Assembly: GCA_902573015.1 (NCBI GenBank)
Contig: CACGIE010000002.1
Span: 7,660 to 71,659, forward strand
Direction of reading: 5' to 3'
Length of the DNA: 64,000 nt
Origin: an uncultured Candidatus Poseidoniales archaeon
GTDB lineage: Archaea > Thermoplasmatota > Poseidoniia > Poseidoniales > Thalassarchaeaceae
Part shown: in pieces, positions 10,013 to 20,139 of the stretch
How the letters are laid out: the number at the start of each line of letters is the position of its first letter
How positions within the stretch are numbered: position 1 is the stretch's first letter
The notes under the pieces: model-generated
Told to the model about the DNA's origin: nothing
Seen by the model: only the letters and a program-made list of their open reading frames with translations
Databases searched by the model: none
Position numbers and translations under genes: made by a program

Positions 10013-10115
10013 ATCTGGTGGCCTGCACATTAGGACATGAGTGTTGGCCTCTTTAGCGGTTGTTTCAAGGTCTTGTTTGTAGGCGACAGATTCGGGAAAA
10101 CCCAGGTGAGCACAG

Positions 10116-12104
10116 ATGAAGCACCCCCTCTTGCAGACTTATGGACCATTAGATGGTTGGATGATTCTGCTCCTAATGGGCAGTCTGTCAATAGGATTCT
10201 TCGTCTATCAGGTACAGAAGGCAACGCGTCTAGTGATGATTGGTGCTCCGGACTCGAGATTTGACTCATGGGGACCCAGGGTCAGGGAATTTGTCGTAGG
10301 TTGGTTGGGACAGAAGAAAGTGCTGAGGGATCGTGTTGCAGGGACTATGCACGTTCTGATGTTCTGGGGCTTCCTGATGCTAGCATCGGATATGTTTGAT
10401 CTGGCTACAGCTAATGCTTTCTCTGGAAAGTTGCTGCCGGATGTTCTTGTTGGACCTTGGAACGGGATGGTCGAACTGGGCTATACGATGGCACTTATTG
10501 GATGTGTTTCGGCATTAATTCGTCGTCTGGTATTCACTCCTGAGAAGCTCAAAGGTAAGTCGCAGTTGGAAGGAAACGTAATCCTACTGCTAATTTTCAC
10601 AATCACCACAACGTCATTTATGGTAGAGTCTAAAGAAGACCCCAGTGCCTTCTGGGAGCCCATAGGCTACCAATTCAGCCTCTATGGTCTATCAGATAGT
10701 ACCGTAGTAGCCGCGTATTGGTTGCACATGTTAGCAATATCCGTATTTCTTTTCCTAATCCCTCTTTCAAAGCACATGCACCTGGTGATGGCCGTCCCCA
10801 ACGTATTCTTCCATGATACCGGGCCTGCTGCAAAGATGCGCCCCCTTGCTACCGATGAGCATGGTCTAGCGGTGCCACTGGAGGAATTGGACATAGACTC
10901 TTTCGGGGTTAGCACATACACCCAGTACACTTGGAGGCAACTAATTGACGGATGGTCTTGTACCTCCTGTGCAAGGTGTCAGGACGTTTGTCCAGCATAC
11001 GCTTCAGGCAAGGGCCTGAACCCAATGCAAGTGATTCATGACGTCAGAGATTACGCTAACGAGCACGCTCCAATTCTTCTCTCAGGAGAGACGCCCGATG
11101 AGACGATGATGCAACGGATTACCGATGAGGCGGTTTGGGCGTGCACAACGTGCAATGCTTGTGTTGATGTATGTCCACTTTACATAGAACATGTTCCGAA
11201 ACTAACGGACTTGAGGAGAAACGCAATGATGGAGACTATGGAATATCCAGAGATTCTAAACACGGCGATGGGGAACATAGAATCTGCATCCAATCCGTAT
11301 GGTTTTGGAGAGCATGAGAGGGCAGATTGGGCCTCCGATCTGGATGTCAAGATAGGAGAGCCTGCTGAGTACATCTACTTCGTAGGTTGTGCTGCCAGCT
11401 TCGATGAAAGGAACCAGAAGGTAGCTAGATCCACAATCTCACTTCTGAAGGAAGCTGGACTAGATGTTGGGATACTAGGTATGCAAGAGGGCTGCTCCGG
11501 GGATCCAGCAAGGAGAGCTGGGAACGAATATCTGTTCCAGATGCTAGCAGAGACGAATTTGATGACCTTCCAAGAGTTAGGCGTAAAGCGTATCATTGCC
11601 TCTTGTCCGCATTGCTTCCATACACTTGGAAAAGAGTACGGAGACTATGGCGGAGAAGAGTTGGAGGTATTCCATCATTCGGAGATTCTAGCAAAGCTAC
11701 AGGAGGAGGGGAAGCTCCCCGAGGTTGAGAAGAATGGTCGCAGCATTACTTTCCACGACCCATGCTACCTAGGAAGAATAGGAGGGATAATCGATGAGCC
11801 TAGGAGTGTGATTGGGGGAGTAGATGTCGAGACTGAGAAGAGTGGAAAGGACTCCTTCTGCTGTGGTGCAGGTGGTGCGCAGATGTGGATGGAGGAGGAT
11901 GCTGACAAGCGAGTAAACGAGATCAGGGCCAAGGAGCTCGCAGAGACTGGTTGCGATACAGTAGCTGTAGGCTGTCCTTTCTGCTCGATTATGGTCAAGG
12001 ATGGACTTGACTCAGTTGGAGCTGAGATGGAAGTGATGGACGTTGCAGAACTTCTCTGGGAACAGATTGTGGCCAAGGACAAAGAGATTCATGGCCAGGC
12101 ATAG
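10116..12104 (+). CDS. Membrane Fe-S oxidoreductase, FadF/HdrD-like (membrane domain + 2x[4Fe-4S] + 2 CCG domains)
   Basis: TM region with His residues; CTSCARCQDVCP; CTTCNACVDVCP; CSG/CPHC; FHDPCYLGR, CCGAGG, CPFC. Confidence 0.88.
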   Translation: MKHPLLQTYGPLDGWMILLLMGSLSIGFFVYQVQKATRLVMIGAPDSRFDSWGPRVREFVVGWLGQKKVLRDRVAGTMHVLMFWGFLMLASDMFDLATANAFSGKLLPDVLVGPWNGMVELGYTMALIGCVSALIRRLVFTPEKLKGKSQLEGNVILLLIFTITTTSFMVESKEDPSAFWEPIGYQFSLYGLSDSTVVAAYWLHMLAISVFLFLIPLSKHMHLVMAVPNVFFHDTGPAAKMRPLATDEHGLAVPLEELDIDSFGVSTYTQYTWRQLIDGWSCTSCARCQDVCPAYASGKGLNPMQVIHDVRDYANEHAPILLSGETPDETMMQRITDEAVWACTTCNACVDVCPLYIEHVPKLTDLRRNAMMETMEYPEILNTAMGNIESASNPYGFGEHERADWASDLDVKIGEPAEYIYFVGCAASFDERNQKVARSTISLLKEAGLDVGILGMQEGCSGDPARRAGNEYLFQMLAETNLMTFQELGVKRIIASCPHCFHTLGKEYGDYGGEELEVFHHSEILAKLQEEGKLPEVEKNGRSITFHDPCYLGRIGGIIDEPRSVIGGVDVETEKSGKDSFCCGAGGAQMWMEEDADKRVNEIRAKELAETGCDTVAVGCPFCSIMVKDGLDSVGAEMEVMDVAELLWEQIVAKDKEIHGQA

Positions 12105-12173
12105 CTAAATCCTCAGCTCGAATTCAGGCCCTCTAGTCGAGACAATCATTAATCTGAACACTCGCCGAAGTAC

Positions 12174-12578
12174 ATGAGTTCAGAGTTCAGGATGTTCGGG
12201 ATGACCGTTTCCCAGATTGCTATTATGGATGGTGCAATTCTATCCGCATGGGGAGTGATTGCTTATTCTATCCAGAGTGCTGACCCTCCATCGATTACAG
12301 CGATGATTCCTGCCTTCTTCGGATTACCGATGCTCGTTCTTGGATTCCTTTCAGTGAAAAATCCTGCTAATAGGCACCACTACATGCATGCATCCATGGT
12401 TTTTGGGCTTTTGATGGCGTTGGGAGGGGCTAGAATAGCAACAACGTTTGATGGGATGTCCTGGCTTGGAATTGTCTCCCATCTTCTTCTTCTTCTGGTA
12501 GGGATCTCTTTCATGGTCGTGGGAATTATGTCATTCAGAAGTGCCAGACTAGAAAGAGAGTCCTCGGTGATTGGATGA
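12174..12578 (+). CDS. 4-TM membrane protein (TMEM14-like)
   Basis: SITAMIPAFFG..HYMHA; four hydrophobic helices. Confidence 0.7.
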   Translation: MSSEFRMFGMTVSQIAIMDGAILSAWGVIAYSIQSADPPSITAMIPAFFGLPMLVLGFLSVKNPANRHHYMHASMVFGLLMALGGARIATTFDGMSWLGIVSHLLLLLVGISFMVVGIMSFRSARLERESSVIG

Positions 12579-13264
12579 AGCCAATCATTGGCATTACCTG
12601 CTTCATGAGGGAAGCCCAATACGGCAATTGGATTAGGCATGCTGCAATCTTGCCTTCGGCTTATGTGTCAATGGTTGACAAAGCTGGAGGTGTACCGATG
12701 ATTATTCCGCCAGCGGGAGATATGACCAGCCTGTTGGATTCGATAGATGGGCTGATAGTTTCTGGGGGTCCGGACATTTCGCCAGCCAGTTACAACGAGG
12801 AGCCCGGTCCGATGACTACAGAATTCTACCCAGAGCAGGACTATTCAGAGATGGGGCTAATCGAAGAGGCTCTTGAGAGAGACTTGCCCCTTCTGGGCAT
12901 TTGTAGAGGAATGCAGATCCTAAGTGTTGCACATGGAGGTAAGATGCATCAACATCTTGACACGACTCCTGGGCATGAGGGTCACGGTGGTTTCAGTGGA
13001 AAATCTACTGAGCACGGAGTAGTCGTGGAAGGGGATTCACTATTGGCAAGCATCATGGGGGAGTCGTTCAAAGTCAACTCTATTCATCATCAGGGAGTAT
13101 CAGATGCTGGGAGCTTGGAAATTTCAGCAAGAGCGGAGCATGATGGCCTAATAGAGGGAGTGGAGCGTAGGGACAAGCAATTCTGCATTGGAGTTCAATG
13201 GCACCCAGAAAGGAAGGGACATGACTTACTATTCTCTGCACTAATTAAAGCAGCGAGGGGTTGA
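12575..13264 (+). CDS. Peptidase C26 / gamma-glutamyl-GABA hydrolase (PuuD-like)
   Basis: GG.D, GICRGMQ, VNSIHHQ, GVQWHPE triad. Confidence 0.9.
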   Translation: MKPIIGITCFMREAQYGNWIRHAAILPSAYVSMVDKAGGVPMIIPPAGDMTSLLDSIDGLIVSGGPDISPASYNEEPGPMTTEFYPEQDYSEMGLIEEALERDLPLLGICRGMQILSVAHGGKMHQHLDTTPGHEGHGGFSGKSTEHGVVVEGDSLLASIMGESFKVNSIHHQGVSDAGSLEISARAEHDGLIEGVERRDKQFCIGVQWHPERKGHDLLFSALIKAARG

Positions 13265-13290
13265 TGTCTGAAGTGCCATGTCAATAGGTA

Positions 13291-14724
13291 GTGGCAGTCA
13301 GGTTATTCGACACTAGATCTCGGAAAAAGAGAGAATTGGTGACCCTTGAAGAGGGCAAGGTTGGCCTATATGCATGTGGGATTACCCCTTACTCGCCTAG
13401 TCACATTGGTCATGCTAGACAGGCTATTTCATTCGACATCATAGTAAGATGGCTGCGTAAGAGGGGCTTCGAAGTCAGTTATATCACGAATTTCACGGAT
13501 GTTGATGACAAGATCATCTCGGCTGCCAATGAAGAAGGTGTTGACTTCCTAGAAATTTCCAACAGATACATCGACGACTACTTCGAATCTATGGATGCCC
13601 TGAACGTAATTAGAGCGGATGCATACCCAAGAGTAACCGAAACTATTCCAGAAATAATCGAGATGGTTGAGTCACTTATTGAGAAGGGCAATGCGTACCT
13701 AGCCGAGGATGGGGTATACTTCGAAATTGATACTTCACCAGAGAAGTATGGTCAGCTCACGGGCCAAACCTTGGAAATGGTCAGATCCGGGGCCGGTGGG
13801 CGGGTCGACAAAACCGGTTCTGGAAAGAGGGACCATAGGGACTTCGCTCTATGGAAGATGGCGAAGCCTGGAGAGCCTTCGTGGGAGAGCCCGTGGGGAG
13901 AGGGGAGACCGGGTTGGCATATTGAGTGCTCTGCGATGTCACTCAAGCATCTTGGAGAGAGGTTCGACATCCATGGAGGCGGTTCAGATCTCATTTTTCC
14001 ACACCATGAGGCTGAGATTTTCCAGTCAGAATGCTGTCTAGGGCACGATCCAGTGGTGCAGTACTGGATCCATAATGGCATGGTGAACGTAGATGGAGAG
14101 AAAATGAGCAAGTCATTGGATAACTTCTGGACAATATCGGAGGCGTTGGAGAATGTTGACCCCCTTGTATTGAGATACACTCTGATAAACGCCCCTTACC
14201 GTCAGCCAGTAGACTTCAATCAGGTAATGATAGACGACTCGGAGATTCATCACCACAGACTTGTAACGTGCTACGGAGAAGGACTTGCGAAGAAAGGAAG
14301 CGCGGACTGGCGGGGATTCTCTTGGTTGGAAGAAGCTACAAGTAAATTTGAGTCGGGGATGGATGACGACTTCAATACGAGAGTCGCTCTTGTCGAAGTG
14401 CAGTCAGTGGCCAAGAGAATGGGAGTCCTGCTGGACTCCGGAGGGGAGTCTGAAGAGATTGCTGCGGCCATAAGCTGGATTTCTGAATACGCTGGAGATG
14501 TTCTGGGACTTCTTCCCGAGGATTCTGAGGTTCTGGACAAAATAAAGAGCCAGGAGAGTGCGAAGGATGAGATCTCGCAGCATGTCGAGAGTCTTCTTCT
14601 GGAGAGGGATGAAGCGAGGGAATCCAAGGACTGGGCAAGAGCAGATGAAATTCGCGATGAACTAACAGGAATGGGAGTAAAAGTCGAGGATGGCCCCAAC
14701 GGGGCTACTTGGAGAATTGAATAG
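13291..14724 (+). CDS. cysS: Cysteine--tRNA ligase
   Basis: CGITPY..HIGHAR, GRPGWHIECSAM, FPHHE, KMSKS. Confidence 0.97.
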   Translation: MAVRLFDTRSRKKRELVTLEEGKVGLYACGITPYSPSHIGHARQAISFDIIVRWLRKRGFEVSYITNFTDVDDKIISAANEEGVDFLEISNRYIDDYFESMDALNVIRADAYPRVTETIPEIIEMVESLIEKGNAYLAEDGVYFEIDTSPEKYGQLTGQTLEMVRSGAGGRVDKTGSGKRDHRDFALWKMAKPGEPSWESPWGEGRPGWHIECSAMSLKHLGERFDIHGGGSDLIFPHHEAEIFQSECCLGHDPVVQYWIHNGMVNVDGEKMSKSLDNFWTISEALENVDPLVLRYTLINAPYRQPVDFNQVMIDDSEIHHHRLVTCYGEGLAKKGSADWRGFSWLEEATSKFESGMDDDFNTRVALVEVQSVAKRMGVLLDSGGESEEIAAAISWISEYAGDVLGLLPEDSEVLDKIKSQESAKDEISQHVESLLLERDEARESKDWARADEIRDELTGMGVKVEDGPNGATWRIE

Positions 14725-14772
14725 TCATCAATTCTATGAAAGTGCGATATATTACCGTCATCACGGAAGTAC

Positions 14773-16191
14773 GTGCTCTCAATGAGATCGGGTCGAATCA
14801 TAGCATCTCTGGCTTTGGCACTGATGATGCTCTTGCCTGGCTGTCTCGAGGAGGTAACCTCGAGCGAACAGGAGTTCGACTGGAATCGCGACTACGTGCT
14901 AATTGACCCAAGCGGGCACGAGGATCCACGTATGTTCGTAGTAGCCGATCCAGTAGAAAATGAGACTTGGGGGAACGCCACATGGACAGTGTTCGGGAAC
15001 GAGCATGGGGGAAACTGCTGCGAGCATTACCTAGCAGCGACCAAGGAGGGATGGATACTAAACTTTGGCGGGGAATACCCGACATGGTCTGAGGACAGAG
15101 GTCTGACTTGGCAGGAATACAGGCCCACTATTTTCTCCCAATTGGGATGTCTTGAACCCAAGCCCACTGTCCCCGGACAGGAAGGACTAGGGGAAGGAAG
15201 TATAGTTCAGGCAACCAATGGAGATCTTATCTCGATGGGGTGGTTCCCTTACCCTAGTACAAGCGGAGCTGACCAATTCTACGCTTTCTTCTATGACGCT
15301 GAGGACCAGGAGTGGAGTTGGTGCTTCAACAGGACTCCAGAGCCGTTCTATGATAGATCTTGGCAGGTCGAGGTAGTGGGCCCGATAAACGGAGGCCTAT
15401 ATGGCAACGGACCTTGGGCCAGCCTAGTTATTTCCAATTTCTGGCACCAGGTCCAGAATGTTGGAGGTCAGATATCAACTGACGGTCTGAACTACGATTA
15501 TTTCGGGTTCCCAGATAGAGATGAGAGTCTGGACGTTATGGAGGTAGATCTGAGTCCCGAAAGCCTAGGGCCAGAGTGGGACTTCACTAAGCCTCACAAA
15601 GAGATGAGGGCCTTTCCAGTTCCCTCTGGTGGCCTGTACTTTCCGAGCTACTTCATAGATGGAAGTGATGCCTTTTTGGACACTTCACTCAATTGGTGGA
15701 CGGGAGTGACGCTGAATGGTTCCTCGTTGCCGTCACAGTATTGCGCATTTGACTCGTCCACTGCCCTGCACTGCGTAAGCTCGGGACAGACCTCTCTCGT
15801 GCATATGCTCTCATGGGATGGCGGGGAGACGTGGGAAAACCAGACATACAACCTCTCAGAGAGGGCCACTGAGATCGAGGAGTGGGAATTCCACTCTAGC
15901 GGGGTGCATGACCTATTCGTGCTTAACGTTAGGTTCCAGAGCGCAGATGGGCCGGACGTTGATGTTGCCTACCATGTGCGTGAGTTCTCCCAGAGCTTGG
16001 AGCCTGACGTCCTTACCTATCTCGGACAGGGGGATCTTGACTCTACTTCTGGAGCGGGTAATGACATTAGATTCGACTTCGCCAGTATGGGGATACTCCC
16101 GGATGGGGGATCTTTCATTGCATACCATGACTCGACCGATCCCGACCCACTCTTCGGAGTTGAGATGTTGATTCCCGAGCGCTATCTATAG
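14773..16191 (+). CDS. Secreted lipoprotein with BNR/Asp-box repeats (beta-propeller-like)
   Basis: Lipobox-like LPGC; SEDRGLTW, STDG, SWDGGETW. Confidence 0.7.
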   Translation: MLSMRSGRIIASLALALMMLLPGCLEEVTSSEQEFDWNRDYVLIDPSGHEDPRMFVVADPVENETWGNATWTVFGNEHGGNCCEHYLAATKEGWILNFGGEYPTWSEDRGLTWQEYRPTIFSQLGCLEPKPTVPGQEGLGEGSIVQATNGDLISMGWFPYPSTSGADQFYAFFYDAEDQEWSWCFNRTPEPFYDRSWQVEVVGPINGGLYGNGPWASLVISNFWHQVQNVGGQISTDGLNYDYFGFPDRDESLDVMEVDLSPESLGPEWDFTKPHKEMRAFPVPSGGLYFPSYFIDGSDAFLDTSLNWWTGVTLNGSSLPSQYCAFDSSTALHCVSSGQTSLVHMLSWDGGETWENQTYNLSERATEIEEWEFHSSGVHDLFVLNVRFQSADGPDVDVAYHVREFSQSLEPDVLTYLGQGDLDSTSGAGNDIRFDFASMGILPDGGSFIAYHDSTDPDPLFGVEMLIPERYL

Positions 16192-16199
16192 TCAAAATT

Positions 16200-19100
16200 T
16201 CAACGAATTTGGAAGTGAACAATAGTCCCATCGACCTCGAATCTGTCGGATTCTTCTGAGGGTTCACCTTCGTTCAGTGAGGACTCTCCAGCTCTAGTCT
16301 CCGATGTAATATGCTGCCAATCCCTATCATCTAATTCCATTCCTTCAATCCAAACCGACAGTACTATCGAAGACTCTACCTGCAAGTCAAGCTCCTTTCT
16401 TTTGGCTTGGATCCTTCTTGTAATATCCCTGGCTAGTCCCTTCGATAGGAGGTCTGAGTCGGTGTGCATATCCAGGACAATGGATACGTCGCCCTCTTCA
16501 AAAGGTAGAGTCTGCGCGGCGAAACCCTCTCTTTCGACCCTCCTTATCTCAATGTCGGACATGGTGATCTCGTATCCTGCCAGTGCGGCAATTCCAGCTT
16601 CTATCTCGAGAAGTAGTTCTTCGGGGTCAGCCATGTCTAGCTGGGCCAGAACGTCTGGGAGATCGGAACGGCACTTGGCCCCGAGTACCTTCCTATTTGG
16701 CTCAAGGACTATTCTCTGGAAGGCATCGAGGTCCCTCTCTGTGGAAAGTACCTCTACATTGAGCTCCTCTGCTAGTATCTCGCTGAAGCGTGAAATATCT
16801 GGACCTCCGACTATCCATCCTGTCCTGCAAGGAAGCCTCTGCCTCCTGTTCGAATCAACTCTGATTCGTCTACCTGCCTCTGCTAGGGACCTCACTAGAG
16901 CCATCTCCTGCTCAAGCCCGAAGTCCCTTTTGGGTAGTGATCTGTCAACTATCTCCGAGCCGACCGGCCAGTCGGCAAGATGGACTGAGGAGCCGGTCAG
17001 GCTCCTGTGGATGTGATCTGGTGTGAAGGGGGATACCGGTGCCATGAGTCTGCAAACCACTAGTAGAACCTCATGCAAGGTGTGCTGGCACGCTCTCTTG
17101 TCGTTGCTATCTGCCTCATCCCATAGCCTCCTTCTTGATCTACGGACGTACCAATTTGAGAGATCGTTGACGACGAAGTCCTCCAACCCCCTTCCTGCCT
17201 TGTGGAAGTCCCATGAGACGAAGTTCGAGTGATAGTCATCGGCCATCTCGGTGACCTTGGAGAGTATCCAGCGATCCAATGGACTCCTTTCACTGACTGG
17301 AACGAAGCCTGAGTCTTCATCGGGATCGAAACCATCCAGAGCCGCATAATCGGCATGGAACCTGTAGACGTTCCAGAGGGTGAGGAACATCTTTGCGTAC
17401 GACTCCCGAACTCCATTGGAATCAAAATTGGTAGGGGACCATGGTGCGCTTTGTGTGGTCATGTACCACCTGATGGAATCGGCTCCCTCCTTGTTGAAGT
17501 GGTCCCAGGGGTTCACAACGTTTCCTCTCGATTTGCTCATCTTCTTTCCGTCCTTGTCCAGTATATGCCCCAAGGATAGGCATCTTCGGAAGCTAGGCTC
17601 ATCGAACACTGTGGTTGCAACCGCGAGTAACGAGTAGAACCAGCCTCTAGTCTGGTCTACGGCCTCGCAGATGTAGTCTACTGGGAACGATCCTTCGAAC
17701 AATTCTTCGTTCTCGAATGGATAGTGCCACTGTGCGAACGAAGCACACCCAGAATCGAACCAGCAATCCATGACATAGGGCTCCCTGACCATCTCGCCTG
17801 AGCATTCTTTGTTCGTACACACTAATTTCACGTCGTCGACATATGGCCTGTGTAGTTCCTGTGGAGTAGGGGAGTCTTCGGTACTCATCGAATTCATCTC
17901 CTCTATGCTTCCGACGCAGTGCTCGGCCCCGCAATCGGGGCAGATCCATACTGGAATGGGAGTCCCCCAGTACCTCTCCCTGCTGATGGCCCAGTCCTTG
18001 ATGTTGGATAGCCACTCGCCCATCCTCTTTGTCCCAGTCCATTCAGGGGCCCATTCGACGCTAGAGTTGTGAGAAAGAATCTGGTCCCTGACAGCCGTCA
18101 TCCTGACGAACCAGCTGTCCATTGCATAGTATAGAAGAGGGTGGTCTGTCCTCCAGCAATGGGGATAGTCGTGAGTGTAATCATGCTCCCTGTACAAAAG
18201 TCCCCGGGCATCCAGTAGGCTGATGATCTCGTCATCGCAGTCCTTCACGTATCGTCCATCTAGATTCTCATGGACTCCGGAAACGAAAGACCCGTCCATA
18301 CCAACTGTGTGCTGTGCCGGGAAACCGACCTCCATCCCTAACCTGTAGTCGTCCTCACCGTACATCACAGCAGTATGTACCACCCCTGTTCCATCGGTGG
18401 TGGTGACGAAGTCCGCAGAGACTATGGTCCAAGCTGAATCAGATGATCCCCTGTCAATTGCACCTGGGAATAGGGGCGAGTATGACTTTCCGACAAGAGC
18501 CGAGCCCGGGAATTCCTCTATCACGTCGGCATGATTTCTCATTACGTTCCCAATAAGGTCCTTGGCCAATATCAGTTCCTCGCCAACTTCGCCCCCTCCG
18601 CGTCCTTCCCATGACTCTGAAGCCGGCTCAGTGATTCTCACTCTGCAGTATGTCACATCTGGTCCAACGGCCAATCCCACGTTTCCAGGGAGAGTCCACG
18701 GAGTGGTAGTCCATGCAAGAACGGAAGCATCGTCATCTTCTAGTCTGAACTTAACGAACACTGCGGGTTCCGTGACTTCCTTGTATCCCTGTGAGACCTC
18801 GTGAGTTGAGTAACTCGTTCCAGTCTGAGGGCAGTAAGGAAGCACCTTGTGTCCACGGAACAATAGTCCCTTCTGGAACATCTGCTTAAGTGACCACCAT
18901 GCCGATTCAATGTAGTCATCATGCAGAGTGACGTATGGGTCCTCCATGTCTACCCAGAAGCCCATCCTCTCTGTCATCTCCCTCCATGCCTCTTCGTAGG
19001 TCCAAACGCTCTCCTTGCATTTCTTGTTGAATTCCTCCATACCGAACTCCTCAATGGCCTCGTTCGACATCAGATCTAGCTGCTTCTGAACCTCTATCTC

Positions 19101-19382
19101 TACAGGGAGCCCGTGCGTATCCCATCCGCCCTTTCTCTCCACCAAGTGTCCCTCCATAGATTTCCATCTACATACCATGTCCTTGAATAGCCTGGATAGG
19201 ACGTGATGAATTCCTGGTCTGCCGTTGGCGGTTGGTGGCCCTTCCAGGAATGTGAATGGCGAGTCCTTTTCCCTCCTGGATTCTATTGATTCGGAGAATG
19301 TTGACTCCTTCTCCCAGGTCTCCATGAGGGAACTCTCCAGTGAAACTGGATCGAGTTCTCCGGGGGATGAGGGGACTGTCAT
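16200..19382 (-). CDS. ileS: Isoleucine--tRNA ligase, type 2
   Basis: EGPPTANG.PGIHH, GWDTHGLP, WTTTPWTLP, DWAISR.RYWG, KMSKS. Confidence 0.97.
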   Translation of the reverse strand: MTVPSSPGELDPVSLESSLMETWEKESTFSESIESRREKDSPFTFLEGPPTANGRPGIHHVLSRLFKDMVCRWKSMEGHLVERKGGWDTHGLPVEIEVQKQLDLMSNEAIEEFGMEEFNKKCKESVWTYEEAWREMTERMGFWVDMEDPYVTLHDDYIESAWWSLKQMFQKGLLFRGHKVLPYCPQTGTSYSTHEVSQGYKEVTEPAVFVKFRLEDDDASVLAWTTTPWTLPGNVGLAVGPDVTYCRVRITEPASESWEGRGGGEVGEELILAKDLIGNVMRNHADVIEEFPGSALVGKSYSPLFPGAIDRGSSDSAWTIVSADFVTTTDGTGVVHTAVMYGEDDYRLGMEVGFPAQHTVGMDGSFVSGVHENLDGRYVKDCDDEIISLLDARGLLYREHDYTHDYPHCWRTDHPLLYYAMDSWFVRMTAVRDQILSHNSSVEWAPEWTGTKRMGEWLSNIKDWAISRERYWGTPIPVWICPDCGAEHCVGSIEEMNSMSTEDSPTPQELHRPYVDDVKLVCTNKECSGEMVREPYVMDCWFDSGCASFAQWHYPFENEELFEGSFPVDYICEAVDQTRGWFYSLLAVATTVFDEPSFRRCLSLGHILDKDGKKMSKSRGNVVNPWDHFNKEGADSIRWYMTTQSAPWSPTNFDSNGVRESYAKMFLTLWNVYRFHADYAALDGFDPDEDSGFVPVSERSPLDRWILSKVTEMADDYHSNFVSWDFHKAGRGLEDFVVNDLSNWYVRRSRRRLWDEADSNDKRACQHTLHEVLLVVCRLMAPVSPFTPDHIHRSLTGSSVHLADWPVGSEIVDRSLPKRDFGLEQEMALVRSLAEAGRRIRVDSNRRQRLPCRTGWIVGGPDISRFSEILAEELNVEVLSTERDLDAFQRIVLEPNRKVLGAKCRSDLPDVLAQLDMADPEELLLEIEAGIAALAGYEITMSDIEIRRVEREGFAAQTLPFEEGDVSIVLDMHTDSDLLSKGLARDITRRIQAKRKELDLQVESSIVLSVWIEGMELDDRDWQHITSETRAGESSLNEGEPSEESDRFEVDGTIVHFQIR

Positions 19383-19488
19383 CGACCATTCGGACCTGTG
19401 AGTTCGTCTTGAACTTGAGGGGGAGCTAGTCGGAGAGGAAAGGTCGTTAATTGCAAGACTTCAAATGCCCAATGCGCTGGTAATTATC

Positions 19489-20130
19489 ATGGCAGAGACT
19501 GTTCGACTAGATGTCGGAGGGATGACCTGCGATGGCTGCTCAAACAGGGTTAAGGAATCTCTAGAGGCGTTATCCGGAGTGGTCTCGGCGGACGTTAGTC
19601 ACGAGGACGGAGTTGCTGAAATTAGTCACTCGGGAGTTTCCAGAGACGATCTAAGTACCGCCGTGAGATCAGTGGGATATACCGTTGATGGTCAAGGAGA
19701 AGACTTCCACTGGAGGGATTCGGCTGTCTGGTGGCAGTCTGCTAACAACACGAAGTGGTGCCTGATCGGATGTAGTATCGGTGACTTCGGAACAATAGCG
19801 GCTTTCCAGTTCGTATTCACAGATTCTGGGTGGAGTGCGATGATGATTATGGCACTGGCGATGTTCAACGGGATAATGACTTCAATAGCTCTAGAGACCT
19901 TCATCCTTCTAAGCCAGATGCCTCTTTATGAGGCATTTAGGGTGGCAATTGGAATGTCGCTTATTTCGATGATATCAATGGAGGCAGCGATGAATGTGAC
20001 TGATTTCGTGCTCACAGGTGGTGCTAAGTTGACATGGTGGGTGATTTTACCTATGCTCATCGCGGGTTTTCTCACACCTTGGCCTTACAATTACTGGAGA
20101 CTGAAGAAATTCGGAGTTGCCTGTCACTGA
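19489..20130 (+). CDS. HMA (CopZ-like) domain fused to a DUF4396 membrane domain
   Basis: GMTCDGC followed by WCLIGCSIGDFG..SMISME..PYNYWRLK. Confidence 0.85.
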   Translation: MAETVRLDVGGMTCDGCSNRVKESLEALSGVVSADVSHEDGVAEISHSGVSRDDLSTAVRSVGYTVDGQGEDFHWRDSAVWWQSANNTKWCLIGCSIGDFGTIAAFQFVFTDSGWSAMMIMALAMFNGIMTSIALETFILLSQMPLYEAFRVAIGMSLISMISMEAAMNVTDFVLTGGAKLTWWVILPMLIAGFLTPWPYNYWRLKKFGVACH

Positions 20131-20139
20131 GGTTTCAGC

